64,000 nt of DNA from an uncultured bacterium. Lineage in GTDB: Bacteria > Patescibacteriota > Saccharimonadia > UBA4664. The stretch spans positions 145,026 to 209,025 of the forward strand of contig CAVUEQ010000001.1 in NCBI GenBank assembly GCA_963740635.1, written 5' to 3'. A program made the position numbers and the translations under genes. This document shows positions 33,692 to 43,670 of the stretch, in pieces (the first letter of the stretch is position 1; every line of letters begins with the position of its first letter). The notes beneath the pieces were generated by a model. The model did no database searches and was not told the DNA's origin. It was given only the letters and a program-made list of their open reading frames with translations.

Positions 33692-34686
33692 TAACTAAAA
33701 TAAATCCGCATAATTAGCCGCGCGACCTTGTCGGAGTCGTGGCGGATGAGGGTGCGCGGTATCAGCTGCTCGGACGGCTTGAGCTTGGGGATATTTGAGC
33801 TCACAAGGTTTTCGCCGATGGGTAAGGCATGGTGGTGCTCGAATGCTTTAGGATCATATTCGACCGCGAATTCACCGGCTTTGGCGTAGCGGTGCAGGAG
33901 CTCGTCGGAGGGCTTGTGGTTGTTGTAGATGACGTAATCGACGGTTTTGCTGCCGATAAACCGCTCGATCTCGCGCACATAATCGTGGACTTTGAAGCCG
34001 TCGGTTTGGCCGGGCTTGGTTACCAGATTGGACACGTAAACGAGAGTGGCCTTGGTTTTGTCCAGGGCCTCGCTGATGCCCGAGACCATCAGGGTGGGCG
34101 CCAGCGAAGTGTAGAGGTTGCCAGGGGCGATGACCACGATGTCGGCGGCTTCGATGGCGGCGCGGGCTTCGGGGTTAAGCTCGGCGTTGGGTTCGAGTGA
34201 GAGGTTGGGCTCCTTGGAGTCGAAATGGTGCTGCACGATCTGGTACTCCCCCTTCACGACCTCGCCGCTGTGCATGGTATACACCAGTTTGACGTTCTCG
34301 AGGGTCACCGGAACCACGTGGCCGGTGATTTTGAGGATGTCACCGGCGGTTTTGACGGCCTGTGCGAAGCTGCCGGTGGTTTTCTCGAGGGCGGTCAGGA
34401 AAATGTTGCCAAACGAGTGGCCGCCGAAGGTGCCTTCGTCGAAGCGGTAATTGAACAGATCGCGCAGGGACTGGTCTGATTCCGAGAGGGCGACCAGGCA
34501 CTGGCGGACGTCGCCGGGCGGTAAGGCGCCGAGTTCGTCGCGCAGGATGCCGGTACTGCCACCGTCGTCGCTCATATTGACGATGGCGGTGATATCGCGG
34601 GCGTAATACTTGAGCGCGGTGAGGATGGTGAACGTGCCGGTGCCGGCGCCAATGACGACGACCCGGGGGCCGGTAACATTTGCCAT
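33691..34686 (-). CDS. yvcK: YvcK/CofD-like gluconeogenesis-factor family protein
   Basis: VVVIGAGTGTFTIL and VNMSDDGGSTGILR signatures. TAATG overlaps with both neighbours. Confidence 0.82.
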   Translation of the reverse strand: MANVTGPRVVVIGAGTGTFTILTALKYYARDITAIVNMSDDGGSTGILRDELGALPPGDVRQCLVALSESDQSLRDLFNYRFDEGTFGGHSFGNIFLTALEKTTGSFAQAVKTAGDILKITGHVVPVTLENVKLVYTMHSGEVVKGEYQIVQHHFDSKEPNLSLEPNAELNPEARAAIEAADIVVIAPGNLYTSLAPTLMVSGISEALDKTKATLVYVSNLVTKPGQTDGFKVHDYVREIERFIGSKTVDYVIYNNHKPSDELLHRYAKAGEFAVEYDPKAFEHHHALPIGENLVSSNIPKLKPSEQLIPRTLIRHDSDKVARLIMRIYFS

Positions 34687-36077
34687 TAGAAGGCCTCCAA
34701 TAATTTTGCAGCTTGCTCGGGCAGTTCAGCGATTTTGACGCGGGTCTGCTCCATGGTGTCGCGGTGGCGGATGGTGACGGCGTGGTCGGTAAGGGTGTCG
34801 AAATCGATGACCACGCACAGCGGGGTGCCGATTTCGTCCTGGCGGCGGTAGCGTTTGCCAATGTTGCCGTTGTCGTCGTACACGACGTTGCCGAATTTGG
34901 CCTTCAGGGTGCGGTAAACGGCTCGAGCTTGCTCTACCAGCTCGGGTTTGTTGCGCAGGAGTGGGCTCACAGCGATCTTGACCGGCGCCAGCTCGGGTTT
35001 GAACTTGAGTACGACTCGCGTATCGTCCTCCCCCACTTTCTCCTCGTGGTAGGCGGCGCTCATGACGGCCAGCACGTGGCGGTCGAGGCCGAAGGTGGGC
35101 TCGAGGACGTGCGGGATGAATTTCTTGCCGGTTTCGGGATCGAGGTAGCTCATGTTGGTGCCGGAGTGCTTGGTGTGGTTTGAGAGGTCGAAGTCGGTGC
35201 GGTAGGCAAACCCGCCGATTTCGTCGAATTTGTGCGGGAACCGGAAATGGTAATCCACGGTGCGCTTGGAGTAATGGGCGCGGTCGGCCTCGGGGACCTC
35301 TACCTCCTTGATATCAGCGTCGGCCAGGCCAATGCGGCGGTACCAGTCGCGGATGGATTTGTGGAGCAGTTCGAATTGCGCTTTCCACTCCCCTTCCCGG
35401 ATGAAGTATTCAAATTCCATAATTTCGAGCTCGCGCACGCGGAAAATGAAGTCTTTGGGGGTAATTTCGTTCCGGAAATTCTTGCCGATTTGAGCCAGGC
35501 CGAAGGGCAATTTGGGGTGAAGGGTATCGAGGACGTTCTTGAAATTTACGAACATGCCCTGGGCGGTCTCGGGGCGCAGGTAGACCAGGGCCGAGGTGTC
35601 GTCGATGGGGCCGATCTGGGTGCGGAACATCATGTTAAACAGGCGCACGGGAGTGAGCTCGTTGCCTTCGGGGCTCTTGAGTTTGAGCTCTTCGAGCTTG
35701 GCGTCCATTTCGGGGATGGTGAGCTCGGCGGCGTTGTCGACCCCGTTGTCTTCGAGCAGGTGGTCGGCGCGGTAGCGGATGTGCGTGACTTTGTCTTCCA
35801 CCAGCGGGTCGGCGAAGCCCGCGCCGGTGTGGCCACTGGCCTCCCAGACTTTGGCGTTCATGAGGATGGCAGTATCGAGGCCGTACATGTCATCGCGCTC
35901 GGTGACGAAATGAGACCACCACAGGGCTTTGATGTTGTTTTTGAGCAACACTCCGTAGGGGCCGTAGTCCCAGGTGCCGGCCAGGCCGCCGTAGATTTCG
36001 GAGCCTTGAAAGATAAAACCGCGCCGTTTGGCGAGGGCAACGATGGTGTCGAGGGATGTAGTGGTGGATTTGGGCAT
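34686..36077 (-). CDS. glyQS: glycyl-tRNA synthetase (alpha2 dimeric type)
   Basis: RRGFIFQGSEIYGGLAGTWDYGPYG N-terminus, FRNEITP and PHVLEPTFGLDR motifs, and a C-terminal anticodon-binding domain. Confidence 0.93.
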   Translation of the reverse strand: MPKSTTTSLDTIVALAKRRGFIFQGSEIYGGLAGTWDYGPYGVLLKNNIKALWWSHFVTERDDMYGLDTAILMNAKVWEASGHTGAGFADPLVEDKVTHIRYRADHLLEDNGVDNAAELTIPEMDAKLEELKLKSPEGNELTPVRLFNMMFRTQIGPIDDTSALVYLRPETAQGMFVNFKNVLDTLHPKLPFGLAQIGKNFRNEITPKDFIFRVRELEIMEFEYFIREGEWKAQFELLHKSIRDWYRRIGLADADIKEVEVPEADRAHYSKRTVDYHFRFPHKFDEIGGFAYRTDFDLSNHTKHSGTNMSYLDPETGKKFIPHVLEPTFGLDRHVLAVMSAAYHEEKVGEDDTRVVLKFKPELAPVKIAVSPLLRNKPELVEQARAVYRTLKAKFGNVVYDDNGNIGKRYRRQDEIGTPLCVVIDFDTLTDHAVTIRHRDTMEQTRVKIAELPEQAAKLLEAF

Positions 36078-36080
36078 AAA

Positions 36081-36386
36081 TTAAAACCTGAGGTTATCCG
36101 GTTCGGTGAGGTCATTATAGTCGTCCTCGCTGATTCGGCCAAGACTTAGGAGGTATGCGAGGTCGGCGACGTAGTTGCCCACGACCCGTTCGTAGTGCGG
36201 TGAGCGCTTGTCGAGCAGGATGCGGCAGGTGGCGATGGAGTCGCGGATGAACTCCTCGATCTCGTCGTCGCTCATCATCTCCCCCTCTGTTGAGTCAGGG
36301 TGGCTGACAATGCGGGCCGGCGGGTCGATGTCCTGCTGGCGATAGTCGGCCAGGACCCAGCTAAGTTCAGAATGAAACGCGTTCAC
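36081..36386 (-). CDS. hypothetical acidic protein (101 aa)
   Basis: The ORF is packed between recO and glyQS with 19-nt and 3-nt gaps. No family recognised. Confidence 0.5.
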   Translation of the reverse strand: MNAFHSELSWVLADYRQQDIDPPARIVSHPDSTEGEMMSDDEIEEFIRDSIATCRILLDKRSPHYERVVGNYVADLAYLLSLGRISEDDYNDLTEPDNLRF

Positions 36387-36405
36387 GGCGCATATAATAA
36401 CATAA

Positions 36406-37125
36406 TTAAAATGACTTGCCTAGATGGTGTTCACAGAATTCGTTGGCGGCGGCGAGGCTGGCGGCGGCCAGGGCGGGGGCGTTTGAGATTTGGCTAATGG
36501 TGGCATAGGGGTAATCGCAGAGCAGTCGCCACAATTTGATGGTCTGGGCATCTATGGGGCGCGATAGCGGGTCGGAGTCGGCGTCGCAGGTGATACCGCC
36601 GCGAGCCGGGTCGATGCGGTAACTGGTGGCCTCGTCGTGGCGGCCGCAAACCACGCAAGCGCCGAGCTCCGGGCGCAGGCCCGCGATTTGCAGCAGGCGG
36701 AGCTTGTACCACAATTCGGGCAGCGAGCCGGATGCGCCGGCGTCGACGGCGTGCAGGGCCTCGGACAGGTGCCTGTAGAGCTCCGGCTGGGGCTGGCGCT
36801 CCTGGGCGATGTGATTGGCCATGGCGGCCATGGTGAAGGCCAGTTGCATGCGGGCGTAATCGGCGGCGAGTTGGTGCGGGTACCATGCGAGCCGCGCCGA
36901 GGTGATGGTCTCCAGACTCCCCCGCCCCGCGTGCAGCATGAGGCTGACCTCGCCGAACAGCTCCAGGTGGCCGCCGGAGCGCGATTTGATCCGGCGCACG
37001 CCCTTGGCGACCGCGCTGAGTTTGCCCTGGTCGGGGGTGAGAAACCGCACTACCCTATCGGCCTCGCCGAAGTTGGTGCGGCCGATGACGATGCCGGTGG
37101 CTTGGTAGGAGGGTTTGGATGGCAT
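36406..37125 (-). CDS. recO: DNA repair protein RecO
   Basis: GIVIGRTNFGEADRVVRFLTPDQGKLSAVAKGVRR is the OB-fold N-terminus. A Cys pair CVVCGR is present. Start taken at the ATG at 37125. Confidence 0.85.
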   Translation of the reverse strand: MPSKPSYQATGIVIGRTNFGEADRVVRFLTPDQGKLSAVAKGVRRIKSRSGGHLELFGEVSLMLHAGRGSLETITSARLAWYPHQLAADYARMQLAFTMAAMANHIAQERQPQPELYRHLSEALHAVDAGASGSLPELWYKLRLLQIAGLRPELGACVVCGRHDEATSYRIDPARGGITCDADSDPLSRPIDAQTIKLWRLLCDYPYATISQISNAPALAAASLAAANEFCEHHLGKSF

Positions 37126-37365
37126 GTTCTTATAAGTATAGGGTGTCCTCTGTTTGCCCTGGGCATGAGCGCGAGCGACGGGTTGTGGCATATTGGGCGC
37201 TAACGTGTGCGCAACTATACTCCAAAGGGGTATACCTACAATTTATACTAAATTATTGTATAACTTTGGGCTTCAGAGAGCCAAAAACTAGTGAATATTA
37301 AGACATACGTCCGTACTTCGTCAAAACTATACGCCCTTTGTGAGTATAGTCGAGCTAAGTCATGC

Positions 37366-37409
37366 TTGAAAAAATCAGGGGTGAGCACGGCGCAATGCCA
37401 TGCCCACCC
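37366..37409 (-). terminator. intrinsic terminator ending the kinase-transporter operon
   Basis: Minus strand GGGTGGGCATGGC-ATTGC-GCCGTGCTCACCC (11 of 13 pairs), followed by CTGATTTTTTC. Confidence 0.6.
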
Positions 37410-37446
37410 ATCGTTGCGGGTTTCGGAATATTGCAAGGAATGGGGT

Positions 37447-38208
37447 TTATATGGCGTGGATACCGAGGCTGTTTAGGATTAGCTTCAGGACTGAGAAAGC
37501 TACTACTAGGACGAGTATCGCCTTGATGTACGCGTCCCCTCGCTTGAGCGCCACCCCAATGCCTACCCAGCTGCCAATGGCGAAACCAGCGCCTAGGGCG
37601 AGGCCCAATCGGTAGTTAATGAGGCCGTGGGCGGCAAAAATTACCGCCGCGACGAGGGATGTGCAAGTGCCAATTACACGCGCGATCCCAGCACTGTCGA
37701 TGAAGCTAAAACCGAATAGGACAAGCAGCAGCGTCCAAAACACTCCCGCCCCTGCCCCAAAAAAGCCGGCGTAAAAGCCCATGAAGGCGGTTGCGATGCC
37801 GAGCCACACGGTGTGGCGGCGGGTAAGGGCCCGCTCCTTAATGCCTAGACGCTCTTTGTTCAGGAGCACAATAGCGACCAGGACGAGCAAGACGGCGATT
37901 ATTAAGTTTAGGACCTTTGGATCAAGGCTGATGAGAACATTGACGCCGATGATCGTACCGATCATGCCGATGAGACCCAGGATTAACCCGAGCCGGAGGT
38001 TGAGTTTGCCGGCACGGTAGAACCGAAGTGAGCTGGTGAGTTCTAGGATTACAGCACCCAAGCGCTGTGTTCCTAGGGCAACCGGCGTCGGTAAGCCCAT
38101 CAGAATGAGGAGCGGAAGCGAGACCAGGGCGCCACCGCCCACCGTCGAGCCGTAAAATCCCCCGGCCAGGCCGCCCAGAAATATTACGAGGAGTTGGATG
38201 ATTTCCAT
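37447..38208 (-). CDS. TauE/SafE (DUF81) family anion exporter
   Basis: 253-aa polytopic protein with Gly-rich TM repeats (GGLAGGFYGSTVGGGALV; FFGAGAGVF). Confidence 0.75.
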   Translation of the reverse strand: MEIIQLLVIFLGGLAGGFYGSTVGGGALVSLPLLILMGLPTPVALGTQRLGAVILELTSSLRFYRAGKLNLRLGLILGLIGMIGTIIGVNVLISLDPKVLNLIIAVLLVLVAIVLLNKERLGIKERALTRRHTVWLGIATAFMGFYAGFFGAGAGVFWTLLLVLFGFSFIDSAGIARVIGTCTSLVAAVIFAAHGLINYRLGLALGAGFAIGSWVGIGVALKRGDAYIKAILVLVVAFSVLKLILNSLGIHAI

Positions 38209-38637
38209 CTACTTTTTATAGGTGAAGGCGATGAAAATGCCGAAGCAGGCCAAGCCGATGCCGAGAATTTGGACGGGACTGAGGCGCTCATTCCAGATGA
38301 GGAACCCGGCTAGCAGGCCGTAGATTATTAACGTGATATAGAAGAGTGGTGTGAACTGTGACTGCGGCGCGCCGAGGGACAGTGTCTTGATGACACCGAA
38401 GTTGCCGAGGCTAATGAGTGTGCCAATTCCGAGAGCGAGGAGTAATGATTTCCCGGTAAGCTGGACGTTTTTTTGCGGATGGGTCGAGAGATGCAAAGTC
38501 AGCATCAGTAAAACGCCGATGGCAGACGCGTACGCGTTAATGAGGAAAATCGGTGCGTCCTTGGGGAGCAACCGGGAGAGAGATTGGAAACTGACGAAGA
38601 AAATTGGGACAGAGACGGCTAGGATGCGCCAGTCCAC
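38209..38637 (-). CDS. small EamA/DMT-like membrane protein (single EamA repeat, 142 aa)
   Basis: Four to five predicted TM helices. Abuts the TauE gene with no gap. Confidence 0.55.
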   Translation of the reverse strand: MDWRILAVSVPIFFVSFQSLSRLLPKDAPIFLINAYASAIGVLLMLTLHLSTHPQKNVQLTGKSLLLALGIGTLISLGNFGVIKTLSLGAPQSQFTPLFYITLIIYGLLAGFLIWNERLSPVQILGIGLACFGIFIAFTYKK

Positions 38638-38641
38638 CTCC

Positions 38642-39049
38642 CTATTTGTCGCCTGAGTGGGCCTTGTGGCCGGAGTTGCCGAGAACCTTCACGGCTTTTT
38701 GGACGACTTCGTCGGGGGTGTGGTGGCTTTTGATCAGGTAGTCGTTGACGCCGAGGGCCTTGGCCAGCTCCTGGTTCATGTCGACTTCGGCCTGCCCGAG
38801 GTTGGTGAGCAGAATTACGGGGATTTGGCGCAGGTCGGGCTGCTTCTTGATTTCTTTGAGGACGTGGAAGCCGTTGAGCTTGGGCATTAGGATATCGAGC
38901 AGGATAAGGTCGGGTTGGAATTCGCCCAGGATGCGCAGACACTCCTCGCCGTTGGTGGCTACTTTGACGTCGTGTCCTTCGAGTTCAAATTTGGCCTGGT
39001 ACATTTCTACCAGGATGGTGTCGTCCTCAACTAGCAGAATTTTCGCCAT
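38642..39049 (-). CDS. receiver-only (CheY-like) response regulator
   Basis: ILLVEDD, DLILLDILMP (phospho-Asp), ILLTN and a conserved Lys in DYLIKS. No output domain. Confidence 0.85.
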   Translation of the reverse strand: MAKILLVEDDTILVEMYQAKFELEGHDVKVATNGEECLRILGEFQPDLILLDILMPKLNGFHVLKEIKKQPDLRQIPVILLTNLGQAEVDMNQELAKALGVNDYLIKSHHTPDEVVQKAVKVLGNSGHKAHSGDK

Positions 39050-39082
39050 AAATGAGTACCTCTTAAACTAGTTTACCAGACT

Positions 39083-42000
39083 TTACTCGATCAACGGAAG
39101 TTGCTTTGCAATCGGCAGGCTGAAATTAAATTTGCTGCCCTTGCCTTCCACGCTGGCCACCCAGATCCGGCCGTTGTGGGACTCCACCAGGTTTTTGACG
39201 ATGTAGAGCCCCAACCCGGTGCCGCCGGCCTGGACGCTAAGGGGGTTGAAGATGCGGCCGAATTTGGTGAACAGGCGCTCGATCTGGGACTTGCCGATGC
39301 CCACGCCGTGGTCGGTGACGGTGGTGACGAGCTCGTCGCCGGCCACGCGGAAGCCGACCTCGACCTCGGTGCCGGGCATGGAGTATTTGATGGCGTTGTC
39401 GACCAGGTTGAGCACAATCTGGTGGAGGCGGGTTTCGTCGGCCAGCACGAGCGGCAGGCGCTGGCGGCGCCGGACGTTGACCATGATGCCGCCCGCGGCT
39501 CCCTTGCCGGCCACCTCGGAGACCACGCCGGCCACCACGGAGTCGAGGGCTACCGGGGTAATGTTGAGGGTGATTTTGCCAGACTCGATGTAGGTGGCAT
39601 CCATGAGGTCTTCGACCAGGTCGATCATGCGTTGGTTACTTTGGTAGACGCGGCTGAGGTAGTGGTACTGCTTTTCGGTCAGCGATCCGAAGTCGTGCTT
39701 GAGCGTCATGGAGAGGAAGCCCTTGATGGCGGTGAGGGGCGTGCGGAGCTCGTGGCTGACGATCGAGATGAAGTCGCTCTTGATTTCTTCGACCTCGCGG
39801 TCTTTGGTGGTGTTGCGGATGATGGCGATGCCGGAGGTCACGCGGCCGGCGTCGTCGAAAATCGGCGAGTAGCTGATTTCGGTCCATACCCGCGTGCCGC
39901 CGCGGTTTTCGATGAGCTGCTCGCTCTTGGCGATGGTAACGCCCTCGTCGAGCACGCGCTCGATGGAGCCGATGCTGGTGCCGGTGATGGAATCGGGGCC
40001 GACATTTTTAATGATCTTCGTGAATGGCTTGCCGATGGCTTCGGACGGCGGATATTGGGTGATTTGGGTGCAAGCCGGGTTGAAGCCGACGATGGTGCCG
40101 CCGCGGTCGAAAATCACAATCCCCTCCTCGGTGAAGCGGAATACGGCTTCCCAGCGCTCGCGGCGGGCGTTGACGTCGTGGTAGAGCGCGGCGTTTTCGA
40201 CCAAGACGGCCAGCCGGGTGCCGACCATGCGCAGCAGCTTGGCTTCGTGTTCGCCGTACTTGCCGGCGGTGCGGCTCACCAGCAGTACGCCCAGTGTCTT
40301 GGAGTGGTGCGTGATCGGCAGGGCGATGCGGTGCGGCTCGCCAGCGGCGCCGCCGGCCGAGATGGTCTGCCGGGTGGTGAAAGCCCGGGCGGCGATATGC
40401 TTGGCGCCGAGCTCGAGGGTGGGCGGGTCGCCGGTGGCCGGGCCGGTAGTCTGGTCCGCAGTGAGCCGTTGCTTGCCGGGGCTGTACAGGTACAGCGACA
40501 CCAACGTGGATTCGAGCAGGGTGGCGGTCTTGGACAGGTAGCGCTGGTAGATGCTCGATACGTTGAAGCCGACGATGCCGGAGAGCTCGGCTAGTTGCGA
40601 CAACTCGCGCAAGTGGCGGTGGGCCTTGGCGGCCATCTCGTTGGCCTCCACGGTTTTTTCGATGAGAGCGGTGATGTCGCGGGCGGTGGCGACGGCGCCG
40701 GTGATGTGGTTGCCGATGATGATGGGATTGATCGACAGCTGCACGTGGCGGCTGTGGACCAGGTCATGGGCATAGCAGGTGGTGCGCTTGCCCTTGAGCA
40801 CGGCGCGGATCATGTCGGCGGGATTGTGGTCGCAAATGATGTTTTTGCGTTTGGCTAGCATTTCGAAGAACGGCTGGCCGTGCATGTCCCCTTCCACGTC
40901 AAATAGCCGGATCCATTCCTGGTTGAGCTCGATGGTATTGCCGTCTTCGCCGATCAGGATGAGACCGTCGGAGATGCCGTTTTGCACAGCCTGGAGTTTT
41001 TCTTTTTCCAGATAGAGCGGGGTGATGTCGCGGATGTTGACGAGCGCGCCGATGCGGGTGCCCTTGGTGTCGAGGTAGGGAGAGAAAATGGCCTCGTAAT
41101 ATTGAGAGCTGATCTCGCCCTCGACCGAAAACTGCGTGCGTCCGAGAGCACCCTGGAGCGCCAGGCCCAGCGTGCGGTCGAGCTCACCCGCGTCGATTTT
41201 GAGCTCGGGGATAGACTTGAACCGGCGCAAGGCCAGGCGTTTCATGAGGTGCTCCGGCCGCAGTCGCAACACGCTGCCGGCAGCCGCATTGTAGTAGTGG
41301 AGCCGGTGGTCGAGGTCGAATACCAGCAGGCCGTCGCGCATGAGGTTGCGGGTTTGCTCGATTTCGTTACTGGCTTTGCGCAAGCCGGCGTGAAGGTTGG
41401 CGTTGGTGATGGCGATGCCGGTGTGCTCGGCCAGGCTCTGTCCGAAACGCAGCTCGGCGTAGGTAAAAGTGCGCGGTGTTTTGGAGATTAACACGAGTAC
41501 GCCGATGAGGCGGTCGCCGGAAAAGACCGGGGTCACGAGGGCGCATTTCACGCCTTCGCGTTTGGCTAGCGCCTGGTCGCCGCCGATGACCGGCGTCTGG
41601 TCGAGATTGTGGAGCTGGATCGGTTCGCGCTCCTTAGCGAGCCGCCGGATGAGGGATGAATCCTTGGCAATGCGCATTTGGCTGATGTACTCGGGCGACA
41701 GGCCAACGGCTTGGTCGATGAAATACTCGCGTCCGCCCGGCGCCGTCAGGGCTAGAGCGGCTGCATCGGCCCGGAAGAATTTGCGGGCCTGAGTAAGCAA
41801 GGTGGCCGAAACCTTATCGAAGTCGAGCGAGCCGGTGATCACCTGGGTGATGCGTTGGAGGGTGATGGCCTCGGCTAAGCTGCTCTTGGTGGTCTGCTCA
41901 AGCATGTTGGCCTTGAGGTGGGCCGCTAGCTGGTTAGCCGTATTCTGGAGCGCGGCCTGGGCTTCGGGTGTGACTTCCCCGCCCCAGACCACGATGCCGC

Positions 42001-42358
42001 CGAGGTGCCCGCCGCGCCAGACCAGATCGTAGAGCCTGGCTTCGGGGCCGTCCGGCCAGCCGGTGACGCGGCCCTCCGGCGTCAGCCCGCCGGGGTAGGT
42101 TATGGCGCCGCGGACAGCGGCCGGGAGGGCAAGCTCTGCCACCACCGGCTGGCCCTCGGCGTCCGAAGCAAAGCCGCTGACAGGTACCCCCAGCAGGCCG
42201 CTGAGATTTTTGCAGGCCTGGGTCATAAACGCTTGGGGTGATTTGGCGGCGGCCACCCCGGTCACGAGCTGGTTGATCTCGGACAGGGACAGGGCCGCGA
42301 TGGTAGCCGGGGGTTTCGAAGTTGGCACTAGTCGTTCGAGCCGCCTTTCTATCCCCAA
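39083..42358 (-). CDS. soluble multi-sensor (GAF/PAS repeats) histidine kinase, 1091 aa
   Basis: H-box FISIVSHELRTPLTAIKG, N-box LVDNAIKYS, G-boxes TDHGVGI and GGTGLGLYIV. The long N-terminal region has repeated PAS/GAF-like segments and no TM helix. Confidence 0.9.
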   Translation of the reverse strand: MGIERRLERLVPTSKPPATIAALSLSEINQLVTGVAAAKSPQAFMTQACKNLSGLLGVPVSGFASDAEGQPVVAELALPAAVRGAITYPGGLTPEGRVTGWPDGPEARLYDLVWRGGHLGGIVVWGGEVTPEAQAALQNTANQLAAHLKANMLEQTTKSSLAEAITLQRITQVITGSLDFDKVSATLLTQARKFFRADAAALALTAPGGREYFIDQAVGLSPEYISQMRIAKDSSLIRRLAKEREPIQLHNLDQTPVIGGDQALAKREGVKCALVTPVFSGDRLIGVLVLISKTPRTFTYAELRFGQSLAEHTGIAITNANLHAGLRKASNEIEQTRNLMRDGLLVFDLDHRLHYYNAAAGSVLRLRPEHLMKRLALRRFKSIPELKIDAGELDRTLGLALQGALGRTQFSVEGEISSQYYEAIFSPYLDTKGTRIGALVNIRDITPLYLEKEKLQAVQNGISDGLILIGEDGNTIELNQEWIRLFDVEGDMHGQPFFEMLAKRKNIICDHNPADMIRAVLKGKRTTCYAHDLVHSRHVQLSINPIIIGNHITGAVATARDITALIEKTVEANEMAAKAHRHLRELSQLAELSGIVGFNVSSIYQRYLSKTATLLESTLVSLYLYSPGKQRLTADQTTGPATGDPPTLELGAKHIAARAFTTRQTISAGGAAGEPHRIALPITHHSKTLGVLLVSRTAGKYGEHEAKLLRMVGTRLAVLVENAALYHDVNARRERWEAVFRFTEEGIVIFDRGGTIVGFNPACTQITQYPPSEAIGKPFTKIIKNVGPDSITGTSIGSIERVLDEGVTIAKSEQLIENRGGTRVWTEISYSPIFDDAGRVTSGIAIIRNTTKDREVEEIKSDFISIVSHELRTPLTAIKGFLSMTLKHDFGSLTEKQYHYLSRVYQSNQRMIDLVEDLMDATYIESGKITLNITPVALDSVVAGVVSEVAGKGAAGGIMVNVRRRQRLPLVLADETRLHQIVLNLVDNAIKYSMPGTEVEVGFRVAGDELVTTVTDHGVGIGKSQIERLFTKFGRIFNPLSVQAGGTGLGLYIVKNLVESHNGRIWVASVEGKGSKFNFSLPIAKQLPLIE

Positions 42359-42410
42359 GTTAGCATCTCGTGCTCATAACACTCAAGCATGAGACGGATG
42401 GAATGCGGGG

Positions 42411-43124
42411 CTAGGGATTGACCTTGGCCTGAGCTAGAATTTCATTATATTGGGTGGCGAATTTCGGGTCTTCAGTGGCAAAAAGCAGGACTTTGTCGCG
42501 AATCGGGACCACCACCAGCCGCACGGTTTTCTTGTCGTTAAACGTGCCGGTGAAGTCGTAGGCCGGCTGTCCAGACACAATCGTATTGGCTCGCTTGAGG
42601 GTGCCTTTTTTAACGGCGGCGTCGTATTGCTTGAGGTACTGGGTCTGGGGCGTAGCCAGGAGGGTTACGCGGGCGGCTACCACATTTTCGGTGCCTCCGG
42701 TTTTGCGAACGAAGTCAGGATTCATCACGAGCACGACCTGGTTTCCGTAAGCTTCTTCATCGACGCTCGAGCTCCAGGTCTTGGGGAAGTTGATCACGAA
42801 AGAGCCATCGGTTTCGGGTGCAGTGTAGGCTCGGAACGGTGATTCGCCGGCCTTAATGTAGGCCGCGTCGTCGAACTTTTTCTGGGCGTCGGCGGCGGCT
42901 TTGGCGCTGGCGGTCTTTTCGGCGCTGAGGGTTTTGGTGGCGGTGTTGGCCTTGGTCGCGAACGTGATGGTGAGAACCCCAAAGACGAGGGTGCCTAATC
43001 CCAGGAGCACTACGAGTATGGGCAGTAGCGAACCACCACTGCGACCGCCGCCGCCGACACCCCCACTGGGAACGGTGGAGTTAAACGGCCCGGCACTACC
43101 TGGCGTAAGGGTCTGGTCATTCAT
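42411..43124 (-). CDS. hypothetical membrane-anchored protein (237 aa)
   Basis: Gly-rich N-terminus, one TM (LLPILVVLLGLGTLVFGVLTITF) and an extracytoplasmic alpha/beta-looking domain. No family recognised. Confidence 0.55.
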   Translation of the reverse strand: MNDQTLTPGSAGPFNSTVPSGGVGGGGRSGGSLLPILVVLLGLGTLVFGVLTITFATKANTATKTLSAEKTASAKAAADAQKKFDDAAYIKAGESPFRAYTAPETDGSFVINFPKTWSSSVDEEAYGNQVVLVMNPDFVRKTGGTENVVAARVTLLATPQTQYLKQYDAAVKKGTLKRANTIVSGQPAYDFTGTFNDKKTVRLVVVPIRDKVLLFATEDPKFATQYNEILAQAKVNP

Positions 43125-43166
43125 GCTTACTGCTTATGCTATACCGAGAGTGAGCTTAATTCAAGT

Positions 43167-43670
43167 TCAGGACTTTACCGGGTACTCATAAACGTAGGTG
43201 TTGTTGTTTTCCCGGATGGGGGTGCGGCCCGGGAGTTTGAAGACGTATGAGATGACGCGGGTGGGGCGGGTGATCTCGGCGGAAAATTTGGCGTCGAGGC
43301 GGGCCATGTATTTATCGAGGATAAAAATGTAGATGGCGTCGGCCGGCGGGAGCTTGATGCCCCAGATATCGGCGGCGTGGATGGTGACCAGCCGGCGGTA
43401 GCGCCAACAGACGAGGCGCGAGATGAGCACCAGGAAGGGGTTGACCTCGTAGCCGATGCAGCGGATGCCCTGGCTGGCCGCCGCCCGTAGCAGCCGGCCG
43501 TCGCCGGAGCCGAGGTCAATCAGGGTTTGGCCGGACTTGAGGCCGGTGAGATGCAGCAAGCGGGTGCTGTCGCGCTTGAGGATCGGCACGTACGGGGCCC
43601 CGATGAGCGCCGCGACCCCGAACGGGAGCACGATGACCAACAGGACTAGCGTGACGACATTAGGATCCAA
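43167..43670 (-). CDS. class I SAM-dependent methyltransferase with N-terminal TM
   Basis: Motif I LIDLGSGDGRLL. Start taken at the TTG at 43670, which overlaps the xseB stop. The longer 244-aa ORF runs through xseB in another frame. Confidence 0.65.
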   Translation of the reverse strand: MDPNVVTLVLLVIVLPFGVAALIGAPYVPILKRDSTRLLHLTGLKSGQTLIDLGSGDGRLLRAAASQGIRCIGYEVNPFLVLISRLVCWRYRRLVTIHAADIWGIKLPPADAIYIFILDKYMARLDAKFSAEITRPTRVISYVFKLPGRTPIRENNNTYVYEYPVKS

